From an uncultured bacterium (GTDB lineage: Bacteria > Oederibacteriota > PGYV01 > CAWJRG01), in the NCBI GenBank assembly GCA_963845185.1, contig CAWJRG010000010.1, forward strand, positions 288,001-352,000: 64,000 nucleotides of DNA, in the 5' to 3' direction. Shown here piece after piece: positions 49,277 to 59,513 of this stretch. Each line of letters starts with the position of its first letter. Position 1 is the first letter of the stretch. The translations under genes and the position numbers were made by a program. The notes under the pieces are model-generated. The model saw only the letters and a list, made by a program, of their open reading frames with translations, was not told where the DNA came from and searched no databases.

Positions 49277-50707
49277 TCAATCAAATATATTCCCCGGATT
49301 CAGTATGGAATTCGGGTCGAAGACTTTTTTTATTTCCTTCATTTTATTTATTACTTCAACCTCGTACATTTCGCTTAAATATTTCTTTTTGATTTTCCCT
49401 ATCCCGTGCTCGGCAGAAATCGTTCCTTTAAGTTTTATTATTTCTTTTGCCATATCTTCATAAATTGCCAGGGCTTCGCCATGTTCTTTTTCATTTTCAG
49501 GCAGGAAATTGATGTGCAGGTTATTGTTGCCAGCGTGCCCGAAAACCACATGCTTGATTTTAACATATTTCAGCATTTGTTCGTAAATATTCAGCATTTT
49601 GTCTGACATACTGTCGTCAACTGCAAAATCAGTTGAAACTTTTGTTAAATTCTTTTGCCTAATATATTCATTCACGGCATTTGGCACTGCTTCCCTTAAT
49701 TCATATATGAAATTCTTTTTTGCTTTTGTGTTTGTAACAAGAACCCTGTCCTCACTTATGCCTCTGTCCTGTAAAAATCCGTAAAACTTTTCCAGCTTCA
49801 TATCCGCATCTTTTTCATCCGCAGCGTCGATCTCAACAAACACAAGCGTGTTAAACTTGCTTATTTTGTCGAATTTTTCCCTGATAAGGCCGAGTGATTT
49901 TTCGTCGATAAATTCAAGCGACAGAGGGGATAAGTCCTTTTTATGCTCTTTTATGCTTTTAATAAAATCAAACGCTTCTTTTGAACTTTTAAAATCTATC
50001 ATAAAAGCTTTTATATCAAATGGCGCGGGCAGCAGTTTTATCCTTGCCTCTGTTATAACGCCAAGCGTCCCTTCGCTGCCTATAAAAAGGTCTATCAAAT
50101 CCATGTTGTTCTTCATATAATAACCGGCGCTGTTTTTATAAGTAAAGTAAGAGGAAAGATCTATGATATTAAATTTAATATTGTCATTGCCGGTTTTAAA
50201 ATAGAATTTTGTCCCGTCTGCCTTTATTTGCCCCCGCCTTATTATTAAGTTTTCGCCGTTTGCAGTGATTATCTTTAGCTCGTCGACAAAATCCCTTATG
50301 TTCCCGTACTTGAAACTTCCTGCGCCTGACGCATTTGTGGCTATGTTACCGCCAAGGGTTGCTGTCTGTTCGGTTGAATCCACGGGAAACCACAGTTTAT
50401 GCTTTTTTATTTCTTCATGAAGTTCTTTTAGCAGCACGCCTGCCTGGACATCAACGTATTTTTTGCCTGCGTTTACCTGGATTTTTTTGAGTTTTTCAGT
50501 TGAGATTATTGAGCCGCTGCTTGAAATTACACCCGCGACAATTCCTGTGCCGCCGCCGTATAAAGTAAACGGGCTTCCTTTTCCAGTTTTGATTATTCCG
50601 GCTATTTCGTCCGGAGTTTCGGGCAGGAAAACAGACTCAATGTTGATGCTTTGGAAATTTGACTCGTCTTTTAAATATTTATCCAAAACTCCGGTTATTA
50701 TGCGCAT
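49277..50707 (-). CDS. FAD-linked oxidoreductase (GlcD/D-2-hydroxyacid dehydrogenase family)
   Basis: GGNIATNASG, GSEGTLGVIT, GHAGNNNLH, SAEHGIG, DP..ILNPG. Confidence 0.9.
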   Translation of the reverse strand: MRIITGVLDKYLKDESNFQSINIESVFLPETPDEIAGIIKTGKGSPFTLYGGGTGIVAGVISSSGSIISTEKLKKIQVNAGKKYVDVQAGVLLKELHEEIKKHKLWFPVDSTEQTATLGGNIATNASGAGSFKYGNIRDFVDELKIITANGENLIIRRGQIKADGTKFYFKTGNDNIKFNIIDLSSYFTYKNSAGYYMKNNMDLIDLFIGSEGTLGVITEARIKLLPAPFDIKAFMIDFKSSKEAFDFIKSIKEHKKDLSPLSLEFIDEKSLGLIREKFDKISKFNTLVFVEIDAADEKDADMKLEKFYGFLQDRGISEDRVLVTNTKAKKNFIYELREAVPNAVNEYIRQKNLTKVSTDFAVDDSMSDKMLNIYEQMLKYVKIKHVVFGHAGNNNLHINFLPENEKEHGEALAIYEDMAKEIIKLKGTISAEHGIGKIKKKYLSEMYEVEVINKMKEIKKVFDPNSILNPGNIFD

Positions 50708-50792
50708 GGTAAAGGTGCTTTAAACGAGCAGCTTGCGTATTGTCATAAAAGCGCCTCTAAAAAAGTTGTCAGCAGCCTATATCGGCTGTTGC

Positions 50793-51122
50793 TTATGCTC
50801 CTATTACTTTATGTATGGCTTTCTTTAAATGTTCTTCGGTAACAGCCCCGATTATCTGCTCGACAATCTCGCCTGCTTTGAAAATAAAAAGGGTCGGTAT
50901 GCTCCTGATTCCCATTTCTGACGCGGTCTCCACCGCTACATCCACGTCTACCTTCACGACTTTGAGCTTGCCTTTATAATCTTTTGCAATTTTTTCTATC
51001 ATGGGCGCTATCATCATGCATGGGTTGCACCACGTGGCCCAAAAATCAACAAGTACGGGCAGGTTCGCTTTCAATACTTCTGTTTCAAAATTAAGGTCAT
51101 TCGCAGGAACAGGCACTCCCAT
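50793..51122 (-). CDS. trxA: Thioredoxin
   Basis: VDFWATWCNPC, IRSIPT. Confidence 0.93.
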   Translation of the reverse strand: MGVPVPANDLNFETEVLKANLPVLVDFWATWCNPCMMIAPMIEKIAKDYKGKLKVVKVDVDVAVETASEMGIRSIPTLFIFKAGEIVEQIIGAVTEEHLKKAIHKVIGA

Positions 51123-51174
51123 AAATTACCTCCTCGGATGGTTAAATTATTTTCATTGGTTTTTAATTTTGATG

Positions 51175-53259
51175 CTATTTTTCTTTCCTGTCAATAACTA
51201 TCTTTGAAAAATCCGCGAATTTATCAAACATGCCGCTTATTTCCGCGAGCATGCTGAGGTTGTTGTTTTTTATTTCTTCGTTTTCCGACATTACGAGCAC
51301 TTTGTCAAAATAGCTGTCGATTAATGACTTCATGCCCAATGCGGTTTCATAGCATTTGGCGTAATCGCCTGCTTTCATATGGCTTGCGAATCCGTCTTTT
51401 TCCGCGGTATAAGCGCTGTATAATTTCTTCTCTTGATCCTCTTTTAAAAGCCCCTGATTTACTTTTGCCGGCTTAAAGCCTGCCGGTATTATATTTTTTG
51501 TCCTGTGCATCAGGAAAGCGAACTCGTCAAAATCTTTCTTTTTATGCCTTTCTCCTGCCAGGAACTGCGCTTTCTTGAAGTCAGACAGGAAGTTTACGGT
51601 TTCTCCGGAAACCACTGCTGCTGCAATATCATGATCAACATCCCTGTCTTTTATATAATTTATTTCCCTCTGCCTGAAAAACTCGGTAAAATCCGCAATA
51701 TCTAGGCTCTTGTTTTGCTGTTTTTTATATTCTTCCGTGACTTTCTGCACAAGCCTGCCAAAATCAAAATCCATGCCTTTTTCAATCGCCATATATATTA
51801 TATTGAGAGCCTGCCTCCTGACTGCATACGGGTCCTTGCTTCCGGTAGGTTTAAAGCCCGCGATGAAGAAACCTGCTGCATTGTCTATTTTGTCAAACAG
51901 GCTTATCAGCGTGCCTTCCACAGTTGAAGGCAGTTTATCGCCCGCAAAATTCGGCTGATAGTGTTCTTTGATTGCCGTGCATATTTTTTTGTCTTTGCCC
52001 TGCTTTTCCAGGTACACGCCGCCCATAAACCCGCGCAGCCCGACAAATTCCTTTTCTCCTATTATATTTGTCACAAGGTCTGCCTTTGACAGCCCTGCTA
52101 TTTCGCGTAAAAGCGCGCTGTCTTTATACCCGAATATTTCAGCCGCAGATGACGCCAGATTTTCCAGCCTTTTTACCTTTTCCAGCATGCTGCCGAGCCC
52201 AGCTATAAATATGCTGTCCTTCAGTTTTTCAACGCCTTTTTCAAGCGGCTGTTTCAAATCCTCGTTGTAGAAAAACGCGGCGTCCTCGAGCCTGGAAAAC
52301 AGGACTTTCGCGTGCTGCTTCACTATGAAATCGTTATTGCCGTCGACTCCGTCTTTTATATTAACAAAACAGTTTGTAAACTCGCCTTTTTCATTGTTTG
52401 CGCCGAAATACCTCTGGTGCTCGCGCATTGCAGTGATGATAACCTCAACAGGCAAAAACAGGAATTTTTTGTCGAATTCACCCATAATCACAGATATTGA
52501 CTCCACAGAATCCGCGACCAGCTGCATAAGCTCATCGTCGGAAAGTAAGTCCAGCTTTTTCGCGGCAAGCGCCTTTTTAACCGCTTCCTCGGTTTTCTTT
52601 TTGCGCTCATCCTGATTTACAAGTATGTTGTTCCTGGTCATGACACTAAAATAATCATCCGGATTTTTTACCTGTTGTTCTGCGCCCTGCTGCAGGAACT
52701 TGTGGAGCCTAGTCTTGTTCGAGGATTTGCAGTTGCCGAACTTGAAATCTATTGTCTTATCGTTAAAAAGCGCCAGTATCCAGCGCACCGGCCTCGCAAA
52801 AGTAACACCAGAGTCGTCCCATATCATCGACTTCGGGAATTTTGTGTTTTTGATTAGCTCGGGTAAAATCTCTGCCATGATTTCTGTTGTCGCCCTGCCC
52901 TTTTCAATGCCCTCCAGGAACAGGTATTTCTTGCCTTTTTCTTCCTTGAATTTCAGGTCTTTTTCGCTGATATTGTTTTTTGATATAAAAATATTCCCCA
53001 GATCTGTAAGCTTGCCATCCTTGTACGCCGCGTCATAAGCCGGGCCTTTTCTGGAATAAGGCAGGTCCTCCTGTTTCTCGGCCACGCCTTCTATAAAAGC
53101 TATTAACCTGCGCACCGAATAAAAGCTCTGCAACTTTTCGAATTTTATCCTTTTTTCCGCGAGGGACTTCTCAAGGTTTTCCTTGATGTTGGCGCAGGCA
53201 GGCGCGAGGTATGCTGCCGGTATCTCCTCCACCCCTATTTCAAAAATTACCTTGTTCAT
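51175..53259 (-). CDS. glyS: Glycine--tRNA ligase beta subunit
   Basis: [38 protein letters not shown] at 53259 overlaps the glyQ stop. Confidence 0.95.
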   Translation of the reverse strand: MNKVIFEIGVEEIPAAYLAPACANIKENLEKSLAEKRIKFEKLQSFYSVRRLIAFIEGVAEKQEDLPYSRKGPAYDAAYKDGKLTDLGNIFISKNNISEKDLKFKEEKGKKYLFLEGIEKGRATTEIMAEILPELIKNTKFPKSMIWDDSGVTFARPVRWILALFNDKTIDFKFGNCKSSNKTRLHKFLQQGAEQQVKNPDDYFSVMTRNNILVNQDERKKKTEEAVKKALAAKKLDLLSDDELMQLVADSVESISVIMGEFDKKFLFLPVEVIITAMREHQRYFGANNEKGEFTNCFVNIKDGVDGNNDFIVKQHAKVLFSRLEDAAFFYNEDLKQPLEKGVEKLKDSIFIAGLGSMLEKVKRLENLASSAAEIFGYKDSALLREIAGLSKADLVTNIIGEKEFVGLRGFMGGVYLEKQGKDKKICTAIKEHYQPNFAGDKLPSTVEGTLISLFDKIDNAAGFFIAGFKPTGSKDPYAVRRQALNIIYMAIEKGMDFDFGRLVQKVTEEYKKQQNKSLDIADFTEFFRQREINYIKDRDVDHDIAAAVVSGETVNFLSDFKKAQFLAGERHKKKDFDEFAFLMHRTKNIIPAGFKPAKVNQGLLKEDQEKKLYSAYTAEKDGFASHMKAGDYAKCYETALGMKSLIDSYFDKVLVMSENEEIKNNNLSMLAEISGMFDKFADFSKIVIDRKEK

Positions 53260-54101
53260 TTTTCTTCCTTTTCCATGTAGGCGTCCGCGCACATCTTGGC
53301 CAGGTCCCTTATTTTTTTTATATAGCTCGGCCTCTCGGATATGGATATTGCGCGCCTCGCATCGAGCAGGTTGAATAAATGGGATATTTTGATGACATAA
53401 TCATAGGCAGGCCTGGGAAGTTTTTTCTGCGCCAGGCTCTCGCCTTCTTTATAAAAATTATTGAACGTGGACATGAGCATATCCACGTTTGCCTGCTCGA
53501 AATTATAAACCGAGAATTCTTTCTCATTTTCCAGGAAAACATCCCCGTATGTTATTTTATCGTTCCACATTATGTCAAAAGCGCTGTCCTTGGCCTGTAT
53601 GTACATGGCAATCCTCTCTAGCCCGTAAGTCAGCTCTACTGTAATAGGGCTGAGCTGTATGCCTGCCATCTGCTGGAAATACGTGAACTGGGTTATCTCA
53701 AGTCCGTCGAGCCACACCTGCCAGCCAAGGCCCGACGCGCCTATTGTGGGAGATTCCCAGTCGTCTTCGTTAAACTTTATATCGTGTTCCTTTGTCTTTA
53801 TGCCTATGCGCTCGAGGCTCTCCAGGTACATCTGCTGTATGTTTTCAGGCGCGGGCTTCATGATGACCTGGTACTGGTAATAATACTGCATCCTGTTCGG
53901 GTTTTCGCCATACCTGCCGTCTTTCGGCCTCCTGCACCCCTCTATAAAAGCCGCGTTCCACGGCTTTTTGCCCATGCACCTGAAAAAAGTCGCCGGGTTA
54001 AAAGTAGCCGCGCCTTTTTCGACATCGTAAGGCTGCATTACAATGCAGCCCTTTTCTGTCCAGAATTTTTGAAGGGTAAAAATCAGTTCCTGGAAGTACA
54101 T
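53256..54101 (-). CDS. glyQ: Glycine--tRNA ligase alpha subunit
   Basis: [34 protein letters not shown]. Confidence 0.97.
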   Translation of the reverse strand: MYFQELIFTLQKFWTEKGCIVMQPYDVEKGAATFNPATFFRCMGKKPWNAAFIEGCRRPKDGRYGENPNRMQYYYQYQVIMKPAPENIQQMYLESLERIGIKTKEHDIKFNEDDWESPTIGASGLGWQVWLDGLEITQFTYFQQMAGIQLSPITVELTYGLERIAMYIQAKDSAFDIMWNDKITYGDVFLENEKEFSVYNFEQANVDMLMSTFNNFYKEGESLAQKKLPRPAYDYVIKISHLFNLLDARRAISISERPSYIKKIRDLAKMCADAYMEKEEK

Positions 54102-54141
54102 GCTTAAACCTCAATAAATTATTTTGTAGAGACACGCCATG

Positions 54142-55755
54142 GAGTCTGTCTCAAAACTCTTTTAAACGCCTTGCATTGCCTACACTTATCGCGTTTTTTA
54201 GCCCCTATCTTTATTATTTCTCTTCTTTTCGATTTGTGGTTCTTTTCTTGTCAGGTTGCGAACCTTAATTTAACCTTACCTTCCCTCCACAAGGCATACA
54301 TTGTCTTTATGTTATGGGCGGCGCATATAAAAGACCATTGTGTTTTTACGCTTTCGATTCCTCTAACACTAAATCTTGTAAAACCAAGTACGTTTTTTAT
54401 ACGTCCCAATAATGGCTCAACTATTGTTTTTCTCTTTCGAAGCTGTTCTTTCCAGTTATTGACCCTAGCTTCTTCTCTGTATATTGACACTATCTCCTCA
54501 TACTCATGCTTATTTGCTTCTATTATCCTTCCGGATTTTACCTTGCTGCATTCGTATTTATAAATACAATCCCTATGATCCCCGCATCGGTATATCATTG
54601 TCTCTTTTCCGTTTTTCTTCTTCCTTATACTGGTATATTCAAGCCTGCCATTTTTAGGACATACATATTCGTTTTTTTCTTTGTCGTATTTAAAATGCGC
54701 TTTGCCATACGGCCTATCGCTGTCATCCTCCGGCAAGTTAACAATTATATTCCTTTTTTCTTCTTTGGCTTTTGCCAGTTCTTCCGGTGAATAATACCCT
54801 CCATCCGCAAGCGTTACTCCTGATTTTTGTCCGGTATTCGACTCTGCTTTTTCTATCATATCATTCAGCATGTGAGCATCCGATTCCTTGTTTGTCACAT
54901 TCTCTGCCACAATTATCTGTTTCTTTGCGTCCACAACAACCTGTGAGTTATATGCCTGTTGCAGTCCTTTACCTCTTGTCATCATGAACCGGCTGTCTCT
55001 ATCTGTGGGGTTTTCAGTTGTTTTTCCTTCACTTTTCATACGTTCTATATGTTCTCTTATTACCTGACGCAGTTTCTCCTTTTCCTGCAATTCTTTTGGC
55101 ATTCCGCACTTACTTTTGCCCTCTTCATCGTCTTGTTCGTCATTTTTCTCAATTTCCACCATTATTTTGTCTATTTCTCTGTCTAATTCTTGTATTTTTT
55201 TATTCATGTCTTTTATTGTTTTGGTCTTTTCCTTATTTACATCTGCCTGTATTTTTGTGCCGTCCACGGCTTGGATTTCAAAACCAACCAAATTGTTGTT
55301 TGTTGCCACACGCACCGTCTCCTTCAGTAAAACCCTTATCTGCTCTTTATTTCCTTTAAAAAATCTCCATAGCGTATTATGGTCGGGATGATTATTCCCG
55401 GTTATCCATATCATCCCCATTGAATCGTAAGTCATTTTTTCAACTTTTCTGCTGCTCTTTTTTCCTTCCAGTATGCCGTACATCCATGCCCCAAGTAAAA
55501 AATCTACAAAATATCCCGGTCTTCCGGTTTCTTCTTCCATTTTAAAACCCATCTCTTCAAGCGGTAATTCTTCTACGAATTCTACGACAAATCGAGCTAA
55601 ATGATCTTTTGAAACCCAATCTTCTATTGCCGGTGGCAGTAGATACATTTGATTTCTATCGGCTCTTATCGTTGGCATTTGGTTTCTCCTTCGCTAAATT
55701 TTGAAACCATTATACCATTTATGTCAAAGAATTAAGAGGCTTTTGAGACAGACTC
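54142..55755 (-). mobile_element. IS1182-family insertion sequence
   Basis: Perfect 15-bp terminal IR GAGTCTGTCTCAAAA / TTTTGAGACAGACTC; flanking CATG duplication. Confidence 0.92.
54251..55678 (-). CDS. IS1182-family DDE transposase
   Basis: Q.YLLPP, PDHNTL.RF, AVDGTKIQA, TDRDSR, ADGGY, RKTIVEP..G.IK. Confidence 0.93.
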   Translation of the reverse strand: MPTIRADRNQMYLLPPAIEDWVSKDHLARFVVEFVEELPLEEMGFKMEEETGRPGYFVDFLLGAWMYGILEGKKSSRKVEKMTYDSMGMIWITGNNHPDHNTLWRFFKGNKEQIRVLLKETVRVATNNNLVGFEIQAVDGTKIQADVNKEKTKTIKDMNKKIQELDREIDKIMVEIEKNDEQDDEEGKSKCGMPKELQEKEKLRQVIREHIERMKSEGKTTENPTDRDSRFMMTRGKGLQQAYNSQVVVDAKKQIIVAENVTNKESDAHMLNDMIEKAESNTGQKSGVTLADGGYYSPEELAKAKEEKRNIIVNLPEDDSDRPYGKAHFKYDKEKNEYVCPKNGRLEYTSIRKKKNGKETMIYRCGDHRDCIYKYECSKVKSGRIIEANKHEYEEIVSIYREEARVNNWKEQLRKRKTIVEPLLGRIKNVLGFTRFSVRGIESVKTQWSFICAAHNIKTMYALWREGKVKLRFAT

Positions 55756-55777
55756 CATGGCGTGTCTCTACTTTATT

Positions 55778-56485
55778 TTACTTCTTTTTCTTTTTCGCCT
55801 GCTGCTTTTCTTTTTCCATAAGGCCTAGGTGCCTCATGACATACCACACTATTGCGGCAATGATTATAACCAGTATCAAGGCGTCGACCAGGTGCATCCA
55901 TTTTCCAAGGCTGTGTTTCAGGTTTTCTTTCCATGCGTTTATGTCTGCCGCATGCTGGCCTATTTTCCATCCTACCCACGCAAGTGCCCAGCACCACGGT
56001 ATTGACCCGAGCATGGTGTAAAAGCAAAACCTTACAAAACGCATTTTTGCTATGCCGGCCGGCAGTGATATGAATGTCCTTATGACAGGCAGCAGCCTGC
56101 TGGTAAATATCGCTATCTCGCCGTATTTGTTAAAAAACCGGTCTGCAAGATCAAGGTCGTGCTTTGATATCAAAACATATTTCCCGTATTTGTCCAAAAA
56201 CGGCCTGCCTCCCCACTTTCCCACGGCATATGCCACGATTGAGCCTACAAGGCACCCGAAAGCGCCTATCAAACCAATCCAGAAAATGGATGCAAGCGCC
56301 CCGCCGAATTTAAAAAAACCGGTTACTATCAGGTATCCCGCAAAAGGCATTATTATTTCGCTTGGCAACGGTATGCACGCGCTTTCAATTGCCATTGCCA
56401 GGATTACCCCGATTCCAAACGGCCCGAAAAACATGAACATGTTCTGGATAAACTGTCCCAAAGCCCCTACAATTGCTTCAACCAT
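55778..56485 (-). CDS. DedA family membrane protein
   Basis: ESACIPLPSEIIMPFAG, RLLPVIRTFISLPAG. Confidence 0.93.
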   Translation of the reverse strand: MVEAIVGALGQFIQNMFMFFGPFGIGVILAMAIESACIPLPSEIIMPFAGYLIVTGFFKFGGALASIFWIGLIGAFGCLVGSIVAYAVGKWGGRPFLDKYGKYVLISKHDLDLADRFFNKYGEIAIFTSRLLPVIRTFISLPAGIAKMRFVRFCFYTMLGSIPWCWALAWVGWKIGQHAADINAWKENLKHSLGKWMHLVDALILVIIIAAIVWYVMRHLGLMEKEKQQAKKKKK

Positions 56486-56502
56486 AAATCCTCCCACTAT
56501 TT

Positions 56503-56531
56503 GTAGAGACGACCCGCCGGGTCGTCTCTAC
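56503..56531. repeat. GTAG-type REP palindrome
   Basis: GTAGAGACGACCCG-C-CGGGTCGTCTCTAC. Confidence 0.85.
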
Positions 56532-56580
56532 TTTTATTTATTAAGATTTTGCTATTTGATTTGTTGTTAAACGAAAAATT

Positions 56581-56656
56581 TGGTGGAGCTGATCGGGATT
56601 GAACCGACGACCCTCAGACTGCCAGCCTGATGCTCTCCCAACTGAGCTACAGCCCC
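56581..56656 (-). tRNA. tRNA-Ala(GGC)
   Basis: GGGGCTGTAGCTCAGTTGGGAGAGC..CTGGCAG..GGTTCAATCCC..CTCCACCA; 76 nt, G3:U70 pair, encoded CCA. Confidence 0.97.
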
Positions 56657-56676
56657 ACCTCTTCTTTGTGGCTAAA

Positions 56677-56705
56677 ATACTATATTTTTATCTTATGCCT
56701 GTCAA
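56677..56705 (-). promoter_or_regulatory. tRNA promoter
   Basis: TTGACA-17 nt-TAGTAT. Confidence 0.65.
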
Positions 56706-56746
56706 GGTATTTTTATTCTGATGAGAGGATGTCTGTGAGCGGATTT

Positions 56747-59152
56747 TTACTGTTTTTTTGACTTCTTTACCCAGTTATTAACATAAATGTCTACGTCTGT
56801 TCCGCCCGTAAAGACTTCAAAAATTTCAACCTCTTCGTCTATGCCTTTCAAATTAAGCCCCTCTTCCATCTTTGCAAGCGCGATATATTTATCCAGTATC
56901 CTGTCGTAATAATAGTAAGCGTCGTAAGAAAGGTTAATTTTATCGCTTTCCAGCATATTTACCTCGACTTCCTTGCGCAGGGAATTAAAAACTTCCTTTG
57001 TTATGACTATGCCGTGGTTAAAAAGTTTTTTGTTCTGCACGTACACTTTCCTCGGCAGTGTTTTTGAACCGTATAGTTTTTCAAGATAGGCCTTTACCTC
57101 GTCGTTTGAGCCGGATAACCTTGCCGCCTGGTTTAGGTTTGGGGATAAAACTATATTAAACTTAACGTCACCTTCGCCTTCGCCTATAACGGCAACAAAA
57201 AGGTCCCCTTCGGTTATGCCTATGCCTATTTCCACCTTGGGCATTGAAAATTGCTCTGCGGTTTTTCTTATTGCGGCCTGCAGGCTAACGTTTTTATCCC
57301 CGCCGGCAAGCTTTAAAAAAGAGTTAATATTGTCCGGCATTTTGTCATCCGGGACAATTTTGGCATTAACCTGCCCGTCATCGCCTATGATTTCTTGCTT
57401 TATTAACTCCTTGAAAAGTGATTTCTCGTTTATTTTAACTTTTTCTTCGGCTTCTTTCCTTAATTTTGCGAATTCATTATGCACCAGGTACGCCGACCTT
57501 ATGCAGTCCGGTATTTTGGCAAAATGCGCGGCAAACCCGTCTCCGGCGAAATAAATTTCGGTGCCGCCCTGTTCTATCGTAGTCTTATACACAGTGCTTA
57601 AGTAAGGCGTTAAAAATACCGTGGTGTCCTTTGTCAGACGCATGCTTGTTTCAGTCGAATTTCTCAAATCGGCAAATAAAAATATTTTCCTGCCCCTGCC
57701 CTTGCTGCCTTCCACGCCCGGATAAACAGCGCCTTCCTCGCGGAAATAAAAGATGTTTCCTTCTTCAAACATGTTTTCTATCCTTGAGCGTTCGTCGTCC
57801 GGCGCCATTACGCACTCAAGCCTTTCTTTGCCCGTTTCTTCCGCAATAATGCTTTTTATCTTGCTTTGCCTCAAAACTTTTATCCCTATAATCTCTTCCT
57901 TGTACGACGATTTTTTCCCGTACTTCTCCCTTATTACAATAAAATTATTGACGCTTCGCAGGTAATAGGAAAGGTTGTCTATGCAGGCAAGCATGATTTC
58001 ATCGAATTCCTTGTTAAAAAGCGTGTTGAAAAATGAATTTTGGCTCCGGTCCATTTTGTCGCATGCGTCGAATATCGCCCTGGTAAGTTCCCTGCTGGTA
58101 ATGCTTTTCACGTCTTTCAGCAGCATTATAATGTACTTCCTTACCTTGCTTTCGTAGAATACGTCGCTGAGCGTTTCGTCATCCCTTATGAAGTTAAGAA
58201 GTTCGCTGCTGCCAATCTCCGATACTACGTTGTAAATGAGTTTCCTCACTTTTGCTTTCCCTTGCCTGAAAACAAGCCTGCCTGTTAATTCCTTGTCTTT
58301 TTTTACAAGTTTTCTTAAATTTTTCCTGTCTTTTTTGTCCGAAAGTATAAGCTTGATAATGTTGGAATCGGCCAGTATGTATTTTAAATTATCGTATTTA
58401 TCAACGGATTTGGATTTTTTTATTATCTCGTCAAAATAGCTTAAGAATTTGTTTACCGCGTTCCTGTCGACAAATATATTCTTATCCTTTGTAAAAATTA
58501 TTTTTTCTATCTGTGTCATTTCGGCCACATCGTTGAAAATAAGCGCATATTTATTAAAGAGCACCGCCGCTTTCCTGCTGCCGGCGCCGGTCTGTTCAAT
58601 GCGTATTTTCTCCATTTCAGGGTCCTCAAATATTTCCCTGAGCGTCATTTCAAAAATCTCGCCAAGCAGGTAAAAAAGCGTGTCTTTCATGACGTTGAAT
58701 TTCTCAAAATGCCTCTGAAAATATTCCTCGATAATTCCCGATATAAGCGATGTCAAAGACAGCCATGTAAAAAAATCAAGGTCCTCGATTTTAAGCTGGT
58801 TCTGCTGTTTTATGGAATTTAAAATTATCCGCTTTATGCTCGTCGCCAGCGTTGCCTTGCGCTCATAATACCATTTGCTGTATTTGGCCCAGCTTATGTT
58901 CGAAAACTCCGACATTATATGGAAATAAAAATCAGTCATGTTCCTGTCCCTGGGCAGGGCGCCGAAATCCTTGAATTTTTCGTCGGTGAATATCATTTCT
59001 ATAAAGGTATCGATGAAAAAATATATGTCCTTTTCTATGTTGAAAGGGAAAGTGACCTGGTAAAATTTGTTGGAAGGGTCGTATGAAACTTCTGAATTTT
59101 TATGGTAAAAGTTGATGTCTATCTTTTTCGGGAAAATATTGAGTTTGCCCAC
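56747..59152 (-). CDS. Large soluble protein with a C-terminal class III nucleotide cyclase domain
   Basis: FLFADLRNST, YFAGDGF, IGIGITEG, LNQAARL, LKG motifs in cyclase order. Confidence 0.8.
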   Translation of the reverse strand: MGKLNIFPKKIDINFYHKNSEVSYDPSNKFYQVTFPFNIEKDIYFFIDTFIEMIFTDEKFKDFGALPRDRNMTDFYFHIMSEFSNISWAKYSKWYYERKATLATSIKRIILNSIKQQNQLKIEDLDFFTWLSLTSLISGIIEEYFQRHFEKFNVMKDTLFYLLGEIFEMTLREIFEDPEMEKIRIEQTGAGSRKAAVLFNKYALIFNDVAEMTQIEKIIFTKDKNIFVDRNAVNKFLSYFDEIIKKSKSVDKYDNLKYILADSNIIKLILSDKKDRKNLRKLVKKDKELTGRLVFRQGKAKVRKLIYNVVSEIGSSELLNFIRDDETLSDVFYESKVRKYIIMLLKDVKSITSRELTRAIFDACDKMDRSQNSFFNTLFNKEFDEIMLACIDNLSYYLRSVNNFIVIREKYGKKSSYKEEIIGIKVLRQSKIKSIIAEETGKERLECVMAPDDERSRIENMFEEGNIFYFREEGAVYPGVEGSKGRGRKIFLFADLRNSTETSMRLTKDTTVFLTPYLSTVYKTTIEQGGTEIYFAGDGFAAHFAKIPDCIRSAYLVHNEFAKLRKEAEEKVKINEKSLFKELIKQEIIGDDGQVNAKIVPDDKMPDNINSFLKLAGGDKNVSLQAAIRKTAEQFSMPKVEIGIGITEGDLFVAVIGEGEGDVKFNIVLSPNLNQAARLSGSNDEVKAYLEKLYGSKTLPRKVYVQNKKLFNHGIVITKEVFNSLRKEVEVNMLESDKINLSYDAYYYYDRILDKYIALAKMEEGLNLKGIDEEVEIFEVFTGGTDVDIYVNNWVKKSKKQ

Positions 59153-59162
59153 TTTTCGCCTC

Positions 59163-59510
59163 TTATTTTACAGTGTTGTCTTCGGATACTGCCATTTTAT
59201 CCCCGATTTTAATATTTTTCAATCTTATAAGTCCCTGCTTGAACTCATAAGTATCTTTTGCCTTAAAACTTCCGGCAAACTTCCACGGCTTTAAATTCTC
59301 CCTCGTGAAAACAACCGTGCCCATTTTGTCTGTCATGGCAATATCAATCGGCATCATCATAAAAAAAGTGTGTATCGTATTGCAGGAAGGTATATATAAT
59401 ACCTGGCCGTCTTTTAATTCTTTTTTCCCCAGGAGCCCGATGATTCTTTTTATTAAATTATCGGCTATTGTGACGTTCTCGGATATAATCTCGTTATTCC
59501 TTCGCAGCAA
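59163..59510 (-). CDS. DUF192 domain protein
   Basis: ADN...R..GLLG, IHTFFM..PIDI, LKPWK; start uncertain. Confidence 0.85.
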   Translation of the reverse strand: MLRRNNEIISENVTIADNLIKRIIGLLGKKELKDGQVLYIPSCNTIHTFFMMMPIDIAMTDKMGTVVFTRENLKPWKFAGSFKAKDTYEFKQGLIRLKNIKIGDKMAVSEDNTVK

Positions 59511-59513
59511 TTT

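Noticed and set aside
50720..50746. In-frame upstream mini-ORF (MTIRKLLV*) before the FAD oxidoreductase, as a leader peptide or recoding site
   Set aside because: TAA stop, no attenuator structure, and the downstream ORF appears complete; likely chance.
56581..56656. tRNA-Ala as an integration site
   Set aside because: No duplicated tRNA 3' end or integrase seen in the window.
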